Positions 40,203 to 50,268 of a DNA stretch of 64,000 bases are shown piece by piece. Position 1 is the first letter of the stretch, and each line of letters opens with the position of its first letter. A model generated the notes under the pieces. It saw only the letters and a list, made by a program, of their open reading frames with translations, had not been told where the DNA came from and made no database searches. Location: the NCBI GenBank assembly GCA_035575695.1, contig DATLXP010000053.1, positions 1,846-65,845 of the forward strand. Reading direction: 5' to 3'. This DNA is from Vicinamibacterales bacterium (GTDB lineage: Bacteria; Acidobacteriota; Vicinamibacteria; Vicinamibacterales; 2-12-FULL-66-21). A program made the translations under genes and the position numbers.

Positions 40203-42161
40203 ATGACCATGTCGCGCACATTCACAACCGCCCTGGCCGCCTACATCATCGTGATCCTGGTGGCCCAGCCGCAGGCGCAGCAGTCACCGGCCTTTGTCAG
40301 CACGGGCGTCGTCTCGGGTCCGGCTGTCGCCGCCGCGGCCGCGCCGACCGCGGTGAACCTCCTCGTGGGACGGTCCACCATCCTCGATATCGGCGGGACG
40401 ATCTCGCGCGTGTCGCTGACCGTGCCCGATGTCGCCGATGCGATGGTCACCGCGCCGACGCAACTGCTCATTCACGGAAAGCAGCCGGGCACCATTTCAA
40501 TGTTCGTGTGGGACCGCATGGGCGCGATCAAGACCTACGAGATCGTCGTCCGGCGCGACTTGAGCGCGCTCACCGAACAGGTGAAGCAGTTGTTCCCAGG
40601 AGAGCCGATCACCGTCGCAGGCAGCGGCAAGGATGTCGTGCTGTCGGGAACGGTGACGAGCAAGTACGTCATGGACAAGGCGGCCGATGTCGCCGCCGGC
40701 TACGTCGACAAGAAAGAGAACGTCGTCAACCTGCTGACGCAGCAGGAGGGCGTGGCCTCCAACCAGGTGATGTTGCGCGTCCGCTTCGCAGAGGTGAGCC
40801 GGTCGGCTGTGCAGGAACTCGGCGCCTCGCTCTTCACCGGCCCGACCGGCTACAAGGACTGGGTCGCGCGCACGTCGACGCAGCAGTTCTCTTCACCGAA
40901 CTTCAACGAGCTGAGCCGTACCTCGGACCTCGATGACAATCTGACGGGCGCGAGCGGCAAGTACACGCTCAGCGACTTTCTCAACATCTTCATCTTCAAC
41001 AACAAATACAACGTCGGCGCCGTGGTGAAGGCCCTGCAGGAGAAAGGCCTCTTCCAAAGCCTCGCGGAGCCGAATCTCGTGGCGACCAACGGGAAGGAAG
41101 CCAGCTTCCTGGCGGGTGGGGAGTTTCCGATTCCCGTCGTGCAGAACGGGTCGGGCGGCAACTCCGTGTCCGTCCAGTTCAAGGAGTTCGGTGTTCGCCT
41201 CAGTTTCACCCCCACGGTGCTCGGCGGCGACCTGATCAACCTGAAGGTGAAGCCGGAGGTCAGCGCGCTCGACTTCGCCAATGCCGTCGTGCTCGACGGC
41301 TTCAGGATCCCGGCCCTCACGACACGCCGGACCGAAACCGAGGTGGAGCTGCGGGACGGTCAGACGTTCGCGATTGCCGGGCTGCTCAACAACACCGTGA
41401 CCGACACGATGCGCAAGATCCCGGGCATTGGCGACATCCCGATCCTCGGCTGGTTGTTCAAGAGCAAGGCGATGCAGAAATCCCAGACGGAGCTGGTGGT
41501 CATGATCACCCCCACCATCATCCGGCGCGGACAGATGGGCGTGTCGCAGGGCCTGCCGTCGAATGTCGAGCCGTTCATGGGCGCGCCCGACAAGCGCCTT
41601 CCGCCGCAGGACCCCTACGTCGGCTCGCCGCGCTATCCGGCGAACCAGCCGGCGCCTCGCGATCCGAACCTGGCGACGTCGGCGGCCGCCTCCGTGCCCG
41701 TCGCCGACCAGAAAGTTGCGCCGGCGCCCGTTGCAGTGACGCGGCAGAGCACTCCAGCGCCGCAGGCCAAACGGGTTCCCGAGCCGGTTCCCTCGACGCC
41801 GATCAACGCCCCCGCTCCTTTGCCGGCGGCACCCAAGGCGGACAAGAAGCAGGCCGCCGCCAACAAGAAGGCATGGGAAGCGGCGGAGAAACAGCGCATC
41901 GCCGACGAGAAGCGCAAGGCCGACGAAGCCAGTGTGGCGGCGAAGAAGCTCGAAGAGCAGAAACGGCAGGCCGAGAGGATCGAGAAGGAGCGCGCCAGGC
42001 AGCAGGCCGAAGCTGACAGGAAAGCGGCTGAAGACGCGCGCCGGAAGCAGGAAGAGGACCAGAAGCGCGACAAGTCCCTGGCCGACGCCGCCGCGCGGCT
42101 CAAGCAGGCGCAGTCGGCGTACCAGGCGGAGCTCGCGAAAACGAGCAAGGGAGGCCAGTAA
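40203..42161 (+). CDS. cpaC: Tad secretin CpaC/RcpA with an unusual ~210-aa C-terminal extension
   Basis: 652 aa. Signal peptide, pilus-N/BON-like domain, and secretin core (FLAGGEFPIPV..., ELVVMITPTII). This is followed by Pro-rich and then Lys/Glu/Ala-rich sequence. Confidence 0.85.
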   Translation: MTMSRTFTTALAAYIIVILVAQPQAQQSPAFVSTGVVSGPAVAAAAAPTAVNLLVGRSTILDIGGTISRVSLTVPDVADAMVTAPTQLLIHGKQPGTISMFVWDRMGAIKTYEIVVRRDLSALTEQVKQLFPGEPITVAGSGKDVVLSGTVTSKYVMDKAADVAAGYVDKKENVVNLLTQQEGVASNQVMLRVRFAEVSRSAVQELGASLFTGPTGYKDWVARTSTQQFSSPNFNELSRTSDLDDNLTGASGKYTLSDFLNIFIFNNKYNVGAVVKALQEKGLFQSLAEPNLVATNGKEASFLAGGEFPIPVVQNGSGGNSVSVQFKEFGVRLSFTPTVLGGDLINLKVKPEVSALDFANAVVLDGFRIPALTTRRTETEVELRDGQTFAIAGLLNNTVTDTMRKIPGIGDIPILGWLFKSKAMQKSQTELVVMITPTIIRRGQMGVSQGLPSNVEPFMGAPDKRLPPQDPYVGSPRYPANQPAPRDPNLATSAAASVPVADQKVAPAPVAVTRQSTPAPQAKRVPEPVPSTPINAPAPLPAAPKADKKQAAANKKAWEAAEKQRIADEKRKADEASVAAKKLEEQKRQAERIEKERARQQAEADRKAAEDARRKQEEDQKRDKSLADAAARLKQAQSAYQAELAKTSKGGQ

Positions 42162-43333
42162 TGAACCGGCTGCGCCGTCTCCGTCACGACCAATCGGGCA
42201 TGAGCTACGTGTTCATCGGCATGGGCATGATGGCGTTTATGAGCGCCAGCATGCTGGCGATCGACGTCGGCATGCTGATGACGGCCCGCAGCCAGGCGCA
42301 GAACGCCGCCGACGCGGGCGCCCTCGCCGGAGCGACCGCACTCTTCCGTGACAGCTTCACGGATCACAGTGCCGGCGGGCCCGCGGTGACGAGCGCCATC
42401 CGCGCCGCTCAGCTCAATCCCGTGATGAACGAGCCAGCATCGGTCCTGCCGTCCGATGTCGAGTTCCTGGTGGGACAGAACGGGCAGCAAAACCGCGTCA
42501 AGGTGAACGTCTATCGAACCGCCGCAGTCGGCCGCGAGAATCCCGTGCCCACGCTCGTCGCGAAGTTCTTCGGCATGGAGACCGTGGACATCGGCGCCAC
42601 CGCGACCGCCGAAGCGACCCCGGCCAACGCCATGACCTGCGTGAAGCCCTTCACGATCCCGGACAAGTGGAGCGAGCGGCAGACGGCGCCGTGGGACGGC
42701 ACCGATACCTACGACGCGTTCGACAACAAGGGCCGTCCGCTGGCGAACCCCGACATCTACATCCGGGCGACCGAGCAGGGCTATACCGGCTACAACCAGG
42801 AAAGTAACCGCGGGCAGAGCCTCACGATCCGGGCCTCGACCGGCAGCAACATCACGGTCAGCTTTTACTTCTCGCTCACCATCGGCGGGCTGGGAGGGGG
42901 AATGAGCGGTGGCGATGCCTACCGGTGGAACATCGCCAACTGCAACACGACCATCATGCACTTCGGCGATCCGCTGACGCAGGAGCCTGGCGCGATGGGC
43001 GGACCCACAACCCAGGGAGCCGAGGAGTTGATCGCGCGGGACCCGGGAGCGTATTGGGACGATGCGAGTAAGACCGTGAAGGGCAGCAGATTCGGCAACA
43101 ACAGCCCGCGCGTCTTCCCGATCCCGCTCTACGACCCGATCATTTACGACTCGGGCAAGCGCAACGGCCGCACCGCCGACCTCGTGACGGCGAACTGGAT
43201 CGGCTTCTTCCTCGACTACATGGACGGGAACGGTCTCGTTGGCCGGATCATCCCGATCGGCGGGATCTATGACAAGAATTCAGGGCCCGCGCCCGCCGGC
43301 GCGTTCCCCGTTGCCATCCGGCTGGTGCAATAG
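42161..43333 (+). CDS. TadG-like pilus assembly protein (Tad N-terminal domain)
   Basis: 390 aa. GMSYVFIGMGMMAFMSASMLAIDVGMLMTARSQAQNAADAGALAGA matches the Flp pilus-assembly TadG N-terminal domain. The start overlaps the cpaC stop by 1 nt. Confidence 0.75.
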   Translation: MNRLRRLRHDQSGMSYVFIGMGMMAFMSASMLAIDVGMLMTARSQAQNAADAGALAGATALFRDSFTDHSAGGPAVTSAIRAAQLNPVMNEPASVLPSDVEFLVGQNGQQNRVKVNVYRTAAVGRENPVPTLVAKFFGMETVDIGATATAEATPANAMTCVKPFTIPDKWSERQTAPWDGTDTYDAFDNKGRPLANPDIYIRATEQGYTGYNQESNRGQSLTIRASTGSNITVSFYFSLTIGGLGGGMSGGDAYRWNIANCNTTIMHFGDPLTQEPGAMGGPTTQGAEELIARDPGAYWDDASKTVKGSRFGNNSPRVFPIPLYDPIIYDSGKRNGRTADLVTANWIGFFLDYMDGNGLVGRIIPIGGIYDKNSGPAPAGAFPVAIRLVQ

Positions 43334-43335
43334 CC

Positions 43336-44514
43336 ATGGCCCAGCTCGCGGTATCGATTCTCAGTCACGACGACCAGTGCAAGCGTGAGATGTCGCGCAT
43401 GCTGCGGGCCAGCGGTGTGCCGGTTGGCATTGTCGAAGACCGCCGGGCCGGTGACACGGCCGTCTCCGACGTCTACATCATCGACATCAGGTCGGACGCC
43501 TCGTCGGGGATGGCGACGATCGAGCGGCTCCGCGCGGCACATCCCGGCGTGGCGATCTTTGCCCTGGCGGCCACGCCCGAGCCGGACCTCATCCTGCAGG
43601 CGATGCGCGCCGGCGCCAACGAGTTCTTTCCGTGGACGCCCGCGGGCGTAGCGCGCAGCACGGAAGAGTCGTTCCAGGGAGCGATCCGCAAGACGGCGGC
43701 GCGCCGCGACGCAGCGACCGCCGGGGCCCGGCAACCGTGCGTCACTCATGTGTTCCTGGGAGCGAAGGGTGGCGCGGGCACGACGACCGTCGCCGTGAAC
43801 TGCGCGGTGGAGCTCGCGCGCCTGACGAAGCGGCCCACCGCAATCCTGGACCTGAAGCCCTGCCTGGGTGAGGTCGCGCTCTTCCTTGGCGTGCGTCCGC
43901 GGTTCACCGTGCTCGACGCGATCGAGAACCTGCACAGGCTGGACCGCGACTTCCTGCGCGAATTGATGGCGCGCCACAAGTCCGGCCTCGACATCCTCGC
44001 CGGGTCCGAGCAGTTCGACCGCCCGAACACCAGCGACGCGGGTGCGATCGAAGAACTGCTCCGCGTGCTCGGCAAGCTCTACGACTTCATCGTGATCGAC
44101 GCGGGGAACATGATCAATTCCTGCGCGCTGGCTGCGCTCTATGCGGCCGACACTGTGTTCCTGGTCGCCAATCCGGACGTCCCGTCCATTCGTAACGCGC
44201 AGCGCCTGGTGGACCGCGTCCGCCAGCTCGGTGCCGGAAGCGAGCGGGTGAAGGTCCTGCTCAACCGCACGACGGACCAGCACCTCATTGCGCCGAAGCA
44301 GATCGAAACGGCGCTCGGCTACGGCATCCACCATTCGTTCGGCAGCGACTACCGGACGGTGTCCACGGCGCTCAACTCGGGGGTTCCACTCACGCTGACG
44401 AACCACTCGGAGATTTCCGCGCAGTTCGGCAGTTTCACGCGCCAGCTTCTCGGTCTGGAGGATGCCGCCGCGGCTCCGCCGGAGCGACGGCGCGCCTTTC
44501 TCGGCCTGCTCTAG
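43336..44514 (+). CDS. cpaE: CpaE/TadZ: receiver-like domain fused to a MinD/ParA-type ATPase
   Basis: 392 aa. REC-like N-terminus, deviant Walker A FLGAKGGAGTTTVAVN. Confidence 0.8.
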   Translation: MAQLAVSILSHDDQCKREMSRMLRASGVPVGIVEDRRAGDTAVSDVYIIDIRSDASSGMATIERLRAAHPGVAIFALAATPEPDLILQAMRAGANEFFPWTPAGVARSTEESFQGAIRKTAARRDAATAGARQPCVTHVFLGAKGGAGTTTVAVNCAVELARLTKRPTAILDLKPCLGEVALFLGVRPRFTVLDAIENLHRLDRDFLRELMARHKSGLDILAGSEQFDRPNTSDAGAIEELLRVLGKLYDFIVIDAGNMINSCALAALYAADTVFLVANPDVPSIRNAQRLVDRVRQLGAGSERVKVLLNRTTDQHLIAPKQIETALGYGIHHSFGSDYRTVSTALNSGVPLTLTNHSEISAQFGSFTRQLLGLEDAAAAPPERRRAFLGLL

Positions 44515-44529
44515 TTCAGGACAATTCTT

Positions 44530-45876
44530 ATGAGCGCCACCGTCAACTTTCCGCCCACGCCAACAGCCCCCGCGGCGCGCGACCCGCGCTTCGACGCGCC
44601 GCGTCCGCAGTACCTCGAGCTGAAAGCGAACGTCCACCGCAAGCTGCTCAATCGACTCAATCTCGAGGCGCTGGCGTCCGCCGAGCGCTCGCGCGCCGAG
44701 GCGGAGATCCGCACGCTCCTGTTCGAGCTGATCAGCGAAGAGAACATGCCGCTCAGCATGACCGAGCGCGAGGCTATTCTCGGCGACGTGATCGATGAAG
44801 TGTTCGGGCTGGGGCCGCTCGAGCCGTTGCTCCGCGATCCGGGCGTCAGCGACATCCTTGTGAACACCTACAAGCACGTGTACGTGGAGCGCAGCGGCAA
44901 GCTCGAAAAACTTCCCACGACGTTCCAGGACGACAAGCACCTCATGCGCGTCATCGACCGGATCGTCAGCGGCGTGGGCCGCCGCGTGGACGACAGCTCG
45001 CCGATGGTGGACGCGCGCCTTCCGGACGGCTCGCGCGTCAACGCCATCATCCCGCCCCTGGCCGTTGACGGTCCGCTCCTCTCGATCCGGCGCTTTCCGG
45101 CCGAACGACTGCAGGCCGATGACCTCGTGTCGATCCGGTCGATGACGCGGCCGATGCTCGAGTTCCTGGAACACTGCGTCCGCGCCCGCCTGAACATGCT
45201 GATCAGCGGCGGCACCGGCGCCGGCAAGACCACGCTGCTGAACGTGCTGTCGGGCTTCATCTCCGAGCGCGAGCGCATCGTCACGATCGAGGATGCCGCC
45301 GAGCTCCAGTTGCACCAGGAACACGTCGCCCGTCTCGAGACGCGTCCGCCGAACGTGGAAGGGAAGGGGGCGATCCGCCAGCGGCAGCTGCTGATCAACG
45401 CCCTCCGCATGCGTCCGGACCGCATCGTCGTCGGCGAGACGCGCGGCGAAGAAGCGCTGGACATGCTCCAGGCGATGAACACGGGGCACGACGGCTCGCT
45501 CACGACGATCCACGCCAACACGCCCCGCGACGCGCTGTCGCGCATCGAGACGATGATCGCGATGGGGGCCACCAACCTGCCGGAACGCGCGATGCGCCAG
45601 CAGATCGCCGCGGCCATCCAGATCGTGATCCAGCAGTCGCGCATGAGCGACGGCACGCGCAAGGTGACCGCCATCTCGGAGATCACCGGCATGGAAGGGG
45701 ACGTGATCACGATGCAGGAGATCTTCTCCTTCGAGAAGCTGGGTGTTACGCAGGACGGCAAGGTGATCGGCCGCTTCCGCGCGACCGGCGTGCGCCCGAA
45801 AGCGTGCGAGCGGCTGAAGACGTCCGGCATCCATCTGCCCGCCGACATGTTCGAAGGCGTCATGGAGGTTCGGTGA
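44530..45876 (+). CDS. cpaF: CpaF/TadA secretion ATPase
   Basis: 448 aa. Walker [15 protein letters not shown], Asp/His boxes, [30 protein letters not shown]. Confidence 0.9.
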   Translation: MSATVNFPPTPTAPAARDPRFDAPRPQYLELKANVHRKLLNRLNLEALASAERSRAEAEIRTLLFELISEENMPLSMTEREAILGDVIDEVFGLGPLEPLLRDPGVSDILVNTYKHVYVERSGKLEKLPTTFQDDKHLMRVIDRIVSGVGRRVDDSSPMVDARLPDGSRVNAIIPPLAVDGPLLSIRRFPAERLQADDLVSIRSMTRPMLEFLEHCVRARLNMLISGGTGAGKTTLLNVLSGFISERERIVTIEDAAELQLHQEHVARLETRPPNVEGKGAIRQRQLLINALRMRPDRIVVGETRGEEALDMLQAMNTGHDGSLTTIHANTPRDALSRIETMIAMGATNLPERAMRQQIAAAIQIVIQQSRMSDGTRKVTAISEITGMEGDVITMQEIFSFEKLGVTQDGKVIGRFRATGVRPKACERLKTSGIHLPADMFEGVMEVR

Positions 45877-46850
45877 TGACTGCCGTCATGGTGCTGCTCG
45901 CGTTTGTCGTCGGTGCGGCCATCGCGGTCGGGATCGCCTACTACGCCGCGAAGGTGCCGGCGATGATGATGCGTCGAAAGCTCGACAGCCGCCTCCAGGA
46001 GATCGCGCTGGGCGACCGGGCCACCGAAGAAGTGACCGAGACGCTCCTCAAGTCGCGCAATACCGGGCCGCTGCCTGGTCTCGACCGTGCGTTCGGCAAG
46101 ACGGCGCGTGGTGCGTCCCTCGCGTCGTGGGTCGAACAGTCGGGCACGAAGGTGAGCCTCAGCGCCGTGCTGCTCGTCGCGTTTCTTGGCGGGGTACTGG
46201 GCGCGATCGTCATTGCCGTATTCACGCGCTCCTCCTGGTCGATGCCGATCGGGTTCGTCATAGGCGCCGGGCTGCCGTTCCTGTTCCTGCGTCTCAAACG
46301 CGGGCGCCGTATGCGGGCGTTCGAAGAACAGTTTCCGGAGGCGCTCGATCTGATCTCGCGCGCGCTGAAGGCCGGGCACGCGTTTGCGACCGGGGTCAAG
46401 ATGGTCGCCGACGAGATGGAGGAGCCGGTCGGTCCCGAGTTCAGGAAAACCTTCGACGAGCAGAACTTCGGTCTTCCGCTCAAGGACGCGCTTGAGAACC
46501 TCACGGTCCGGATACCCTCGCTCGACGTGCGCTTCTTTGCCACCGCGGTACTGATCCAGCGGGAGACCGGCGGCAACCTGTCGGAGATCCTCGAGAACCT
46601 GTCGCACGTGGTGCGCGAGCGGTTCAAGATCCTGAGGCAGGTTCGTGTTTACACCGCCCACGGGCGGCTGACCGGCTACGTGTTGCTCGCGTTGCCGGCC
46701 GTGCTCTCGATCGCGCTCATGTTCATCAATCCCGAGCACATGAACCTCCTGTTCCGCGAGCGGATGGGCCAGATGATGCTCATGACCGCGCTCGTGATGC
46801 AGACCTGCGGGTTTCTCTGGATCAGGCAAATCGTCAAGATCGAGGTGTAA
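45876..46850 (+). CDS. tadB: TadB (type II secretion system F family inner-membrane platform protein)
   Basis: Starts at the ATG at 45876, overlapping the cpaF stop (GTGATGA). T2SF domain with the QRETGGNLSEILENL motif. Confidence 0.85.
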   Translation: MTAVMVLLAFVVGAAIAVGIAYYAAKVPAMMMRRKLDSRLQEIALGDRATEEVTETLLKSRNTGPLPGLDRAFGKTARGASLASWVEQSGTKVSLSAVLLVAFLGGVLGAIVIAVFTRSSWSMPIGFVIGAGLPFLFLRLKRGRRMRAFEEQFPEALDLISRALKAGHAFATGVKMVADEMEEPVGPEFRKTFDEQNFGLPLKDALENLTVRIPSLDVRFFATAVLIQRETGGNLSEILENLSHVVRERFKILRQVRVYTAHGRLTGYVLLALPAVLSIALMFINPEHMNLLFRERMGQMMLMTALVMQTCGFLWIRQIVKIEV

Positions 46851-46851
46851 C

Positions 46852-47766
46852 GTGCCCATGTTTCTGCCGGTTCTCGCATTCGTGTTTGGTACGGCACTGG
46901 TCGGCTGCGCGGCGTTGCTGTTCATGCCTCGCCGGGCCGCCGCGATCGACCGGCGCCTCGAAGAGTTGACCGTCACCCGCAGCGACGAGCCGGTGAAACC
47001 GCGACGCCTGGCGCTCGTGGGCCTGTTCAAGCGGATCGGTGAGAAAGTGCCGCGGTCGCCGAAGGAGCTGGGCTCGCTCAGGCTGCGGCTGGTGCAGGCC
47101 GGCTACCGGCGCGAAGAAGCGCTGACGATCTTCTTTGGCATGCGCGTGCTGTTCGCGATCGCGCTCTTCCTGTTCTTCTCGACGTCCATCATCGCGCGCC
47201 CGAACACGCTGCTGGCCCTGGGCGGCCTTGGTATCGGTTACGTACTCCCGGGCATGGTCCTCGCGCGCCTCGCCAAGCGCCGCGCGCATCGCATCCGCCT
47301 GTCGCTTGCCGATGCGCTGGACCTTCTCGTCGTGAGTGTCGAGGCCGGTCTCGGTCTCGATCAGGCCCTCTCGCGCGTCGGCGCCGAGCTCGCATTCGCG
47401 CACCCCGAGCTGTCGGCAGAACTGAAGCTGATCAATCTCGAGCTGCGCGCCGGCAAAGCCCGCTCCGAAGCCCTGCGCAATCTCGCGGATCGCACCGGAG
47501 TCGACGACCTTAGCGCGCTGGTGACGATGCTGATTCAGACGGACAAATTCGGAACGAGCGTCGCGCAGTCGCTGCGCGTCTATTCGGAGACGCTTCGCAC
47601 GAAGCGCCGCCAGCGGGCCGAAGAGGCCGCCGTGAAGACGGGCGTCAAGATGGTGTTCCCGCTCGTGTTCTGCATCTTTCCGGCGATCTGGGTCGTGACC
47701 ATCGGACCGGCGGCGATCAAGTTCGTCACCGTGCTCTTCCCGATGATCGACAACATGAAGAAGTAG
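46852..47766 (+). CDS. tadC: TadC (type II secretion system F family inner-membrane platform protein)
   Basis: 304 aa. GTG start 1 nt after the tadB stop. T2SF domain with TDKFGTSVAQSLRVYSE. Confidence 0.85.
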   Translation: MPMFLPVLAFVFGTALVGCAALLFMPRRAAAIDRRLEELTVTRSDEPVKPRRLALVGLFKRIGEKVPRSPKELGSLRLRLVQAGYRREEALTIFFGMRVLFAIALFLFFSTSIIARPNTLLALGGLGIGYVLPGMVLARLAKRRAHRIRLSLADALDLLVVSVEAGLGLDQALSRVGAELAFAHPELSAELKLINLELRAGKARSEALRNLADRTGVDDLSALVTMLIQTDKFGTSVAQSLRVYSETLRTKRRQRAEEAAVKTGVKMVFPLVFCIFPAIWVVTIGPAAIKFVTVLFPMIDNMKK

Positions 47767-47787
47767 GCCCGACCTTCAGGTCGGACG
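47763..47787. repeat. REP-C, single copy
   Basis: GTAGGCCCGACCTTCAGGTCGGACG, overlapping the tadC stop codon. Confidence 0.8.
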
Positions 47788-47800
47788 TGAAGGACAGCAG

Positions 47801-48205
47801 ATGTCATTGATTGCGCGAAACATCGATACCGGGACGGTGCTGGCGGACCGTGTGTCCGTCGCCGCGACGCGAGCCACGCGACGGACGGGTCTCCTCAGTC
47901 ACACGTCGCTCCCGGATGGTGAGGGCCTGTGGATCGTGCCGTGCCGCGGCGTCCACACGTTCCAGATGCGTTTTGCCATCGATGTGATCGCGCTCGACGA
48001 ACGCGGGGTGGTGGTTGACCGGGTCGTCAACCTGAAGCCGTGGCGGATCCGGCTGCCGCGGCCCGGGACCTCAGGGGTCCTCGAACTGCCCGCCGGGTGG
48101 CTCGATCGAACCGGCACCGCCCTTGGTCACCGCATCGAGTTCTCCCAGGTAGAGGCTCAGGACAACGTAGTGGCTGGCCTCGGCCGGCCTGAGGCTGCCG
48201 CATGA
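47801..48205 (+). CDS. DUF192 (COG1430) domain protein
   Basis: 134 aa. GLWIVPCRGVHTFQMRFAIDVIALDERGVVV matches the DUF192 core. Confidence 0.75.
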   Translation: MSLIARNIDTGTVLADRVSVAATRATRRTGLLSHTSLPDGEGLWIVPCRGVHTFQMRFAIDVIALDERGVVVDRVVNLKPWRIRLPRPGTSGVLELPAGWLDRTGTALGHRIEFSQVEAQDNVVAGLGRPEAAA

Positions 48206-49533
48206 CTCCCACACTGCTCGACCGCCCGGCGCCCGTCACGACCCAGCCCACGCCGCCGCCGCCCCCCGCGACGATGGCCGAGACAGGGCTCCATCCGGAC
48301 ACCCTTGCCCAGCTGTTGCTGAAGACGCTCCTTGGCGGCGAGGCCACGGGGAGCGTGCTCGCCGAACGCCTGCGGTTACCGTATTCGTTGCTCGAGGCCC
48401 TCGTAGGCCATGCGCGCATCGAGAAGCTCGTCGAAGTGCGTGGCGCCACCGGCCTGGGCAGCGCCGGCTACCGCTACGTGCTGACCGACCTCGGACGCGA
48501 TCGCGCGCAGCAGTACCTCGACGTGTGCCGGTACGTGGGGCCCGCGCCGGTGTCGCTCGCACAGTACAACGCCTACGTTCGTGCGTGCATGGCCGCGCGC
48601 GTGCCGATCGACCGGGAGCTCCTCGCCACCGGATTCGATCACCTCGTCGTCAATCGCGGCATGTTCGACCAGCTCGGTCCGGCGGTCAACTCCGGCAAGT
48701 CGCTCTTTCTCTACGGCGCACCCGGCAACGGTAAGACCGTCGTCGCGGAAGGGATCGGCCGGGCCCTGGGCGCCGACATGTTCGTGCCGCATGCGATCGA
48801 CGTGGACGGACAGGTCATCACGATGTTCGACCCGGTCAACCACCAGCGCTCGGCTCCGGTGGACCAGGGCGTCAGCGTCGTCGCCAACGCGACCCAGGAC
48901 CAGCGCTGGGAGAGGATCCGCCGGCCGGTGGTCGTCGTCGGAGGTGAGTTGACGCTCGAGATGCTGGACCTCTCATTCAATCCGATCTCGAAGTTCTACG
49001 AGGCGCCGATCCAGCTCAAAGCCAACGGCGGTGTCTTCGTCGTGGACGACTTCGGACGCCAGCGCATCCCGCCGCGCGACCTGTTGAACCGGTGGATCGT
49101 CCCGCTCGAGAGCCGGGTGGATTACCTCACGCTTCATACGGGCCGCAAGTTCGAGGTGCCCTTCAACGTCTTCATCGTCTTTGCGACGAACCTCAAGCCG
49201 GAGTCGCTGGCCGACGAAGCGTTCCTGCGCCGCATCCCCTACAAGGTGCTGGCGAAGAATCCCACCCTGGACGAGTACTGCCAGATCTTCGAGCTGAACT
49301 GCCGCAAGCGCGGTATCCTCTTCGACCCGGTGATGGTCGAGTATCTGCAGCGCCGCTACTACCAGCCGCGCAAGCTGCAGATGAGGGCCTGCCACCCGCG
49401 TGATCTCGTCGAGCAGGTCGTCGACATCTGCCGCTACGAGAACCGCGAGCCGGTCATCACGCGCGAACTGCTCGACGCCGCATGCGGCAGCTACTTTCTC
49501 GAAGAGACGGAATCGCAAGGAGCCGAAGCATAA
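48202..49533 (+). CDS. AAA+ family ATPase with N-terminal winged-helix-like region, unknown function
   Basis: 443 aa. Walker A LYGAPGNGKTVVAEG, Walker B GVFVVDDFGRQ. ATGA overlap with the DUF192 stop. Confidence 0.75.
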   Translation: MTPTLLDRPAPVTTQPTPPPPPATMAETGLHPDTLAQLLLKTLLGGEATGSVLAERLRLPYSLLEALVGHARIEKLVEVRGATGLGSAGYRYVLTDLGRDRAQQYLDVCRYVGPAPVSLAQYNAYVRACMAARVPIDRELLATGFDHLVVNRGMFDQLGPAVNSGKSLFLYGAPGNGKTVVAEGIGRALGADMFVPHAIDVDGQVITMFDPVNHQRSAPVDQGVSVVANATQDQRWERIRRPVVVVGGELTLEMLDLSFNPISKFYEAPIQLKANGGVFVVDDFGRQRIPPRDLLNRWIVPLESRVDYLTLHTGRKFEVPFNVFIVFATNLKPESLADEAFLRRIPYKVLAKNPTLDEYCQIFELNCRKRGILFDPVMVEYLQRRYYQPRKLQMRACHPRDLVEQVVDICRYENREPVITRELLDAACGSYFLEETESQGAEA

Positions 49534-50201
49534 AAACGTTCCCTCTCGCCTTCCGCCTGCCGGTGCCAGGGCACGCGGTCGATTACTGGGCCCAGACCCA
49601 GCTGCTCGCCGACATTGCCGCGCGCGCCGCGATCATCGTGTTGTTCTCGATGATGGCGGTCCGCTTCGCGCAGGATTTCGCGCAGACGGGCCACGTGACC
49701 GGGCTCTTCCTGCTGATAAGCGAAGCGCTCGTCGTGGTGCTGACCCTCATGCGCCGGACGGCCTCCACCGTGGATCGCAGCCTTCGCGCACGGACGCTGA
49801 CGACCCTCTCGACCCTCGGCCCGCCGTTGATGGTGCCCGGAGCGGCCGTCGCGCTGGTTCCCGACGCCCTGACCGTCGCGCTCTCCTGCGCCGGCCTGTG
49901 CGTGGTCATCGCCGCGAAGATAGCGCTCGGACGCAGCTTCGCGTTGCTGCCGGCCAATCGCGGGATCGTGTCGTCGGGACTCTATGGGTTCGTGCGCCAC
50001 CCCATCTACCTGGGGTATCTGATCACGCACGTGGCGTTCCTGGCGGCGAGCCCGGCGCTGTGGAACCTCGTGGCCTTGTGTGTCGCGGATGCCGCGCTGC
50101 TGGCTCGTGCGGTCTGCGAGGAGCAGACGCTATCGCAGGACGCACAGTACCGCGACTACCAGACGCGGGTGCGGTGGCGGGTTGCTCCGGGCGTGTTCTA
50201 G
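49482..50201 (+). CDS. isoprenylcysteine carboxyl methyltransferase (ICMT/PEMT) family membrane methyltransferase; start uncertain
   Basis: GLYGFVRHPIYLGYLITHVAF signature. The ATG at 49482 overlaps the previous gene by 52 nt. The GTG at 49563 is an alternative start. Confidence 0.7.
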   Translation: MRQLLSRRDGIARSRSIKTFPLAFRLPVPGHAVDYWAQTQLLADIAARAAIIVLFSMMAVRFAQDFAQTGHVTGLFLLISEALVVVLTLMRRTASTVDRSLRARTLTTLSTLGPPLMVPGAAVALVPDALTVALSCAGLCVVIAAKIALGRSFALLPANRGIVSSGLYGFVRHPIYLGYLITHVAFLAASPALWNLVALCVADAALLARAVCEEQTLSQDAQYRDYQTRVRWRVAPGVF

Positions 50202-50268
50202 GCGCGCGAGGCTGGCAGGCCGCTGCCGAATGCCGGCCTAAAAAGAGGATGCGTTTTTCAGCCGTCTG

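Noticed and set aside
43267-47030. Very long antisense ORFs (43267..45834, 855 aa; 44868..47030, 720 aa) opposite cpaE/cpaF/tadB/tadC
   Set aside because: They are Arg/Pro/Gly/His-rich translations with no recognisable motifs. They lie exactly antisense to genes with unambiguous Walker, T2SF and other signatures. This is the typical stop-codon-poor shadow frame of high-GC DNA.
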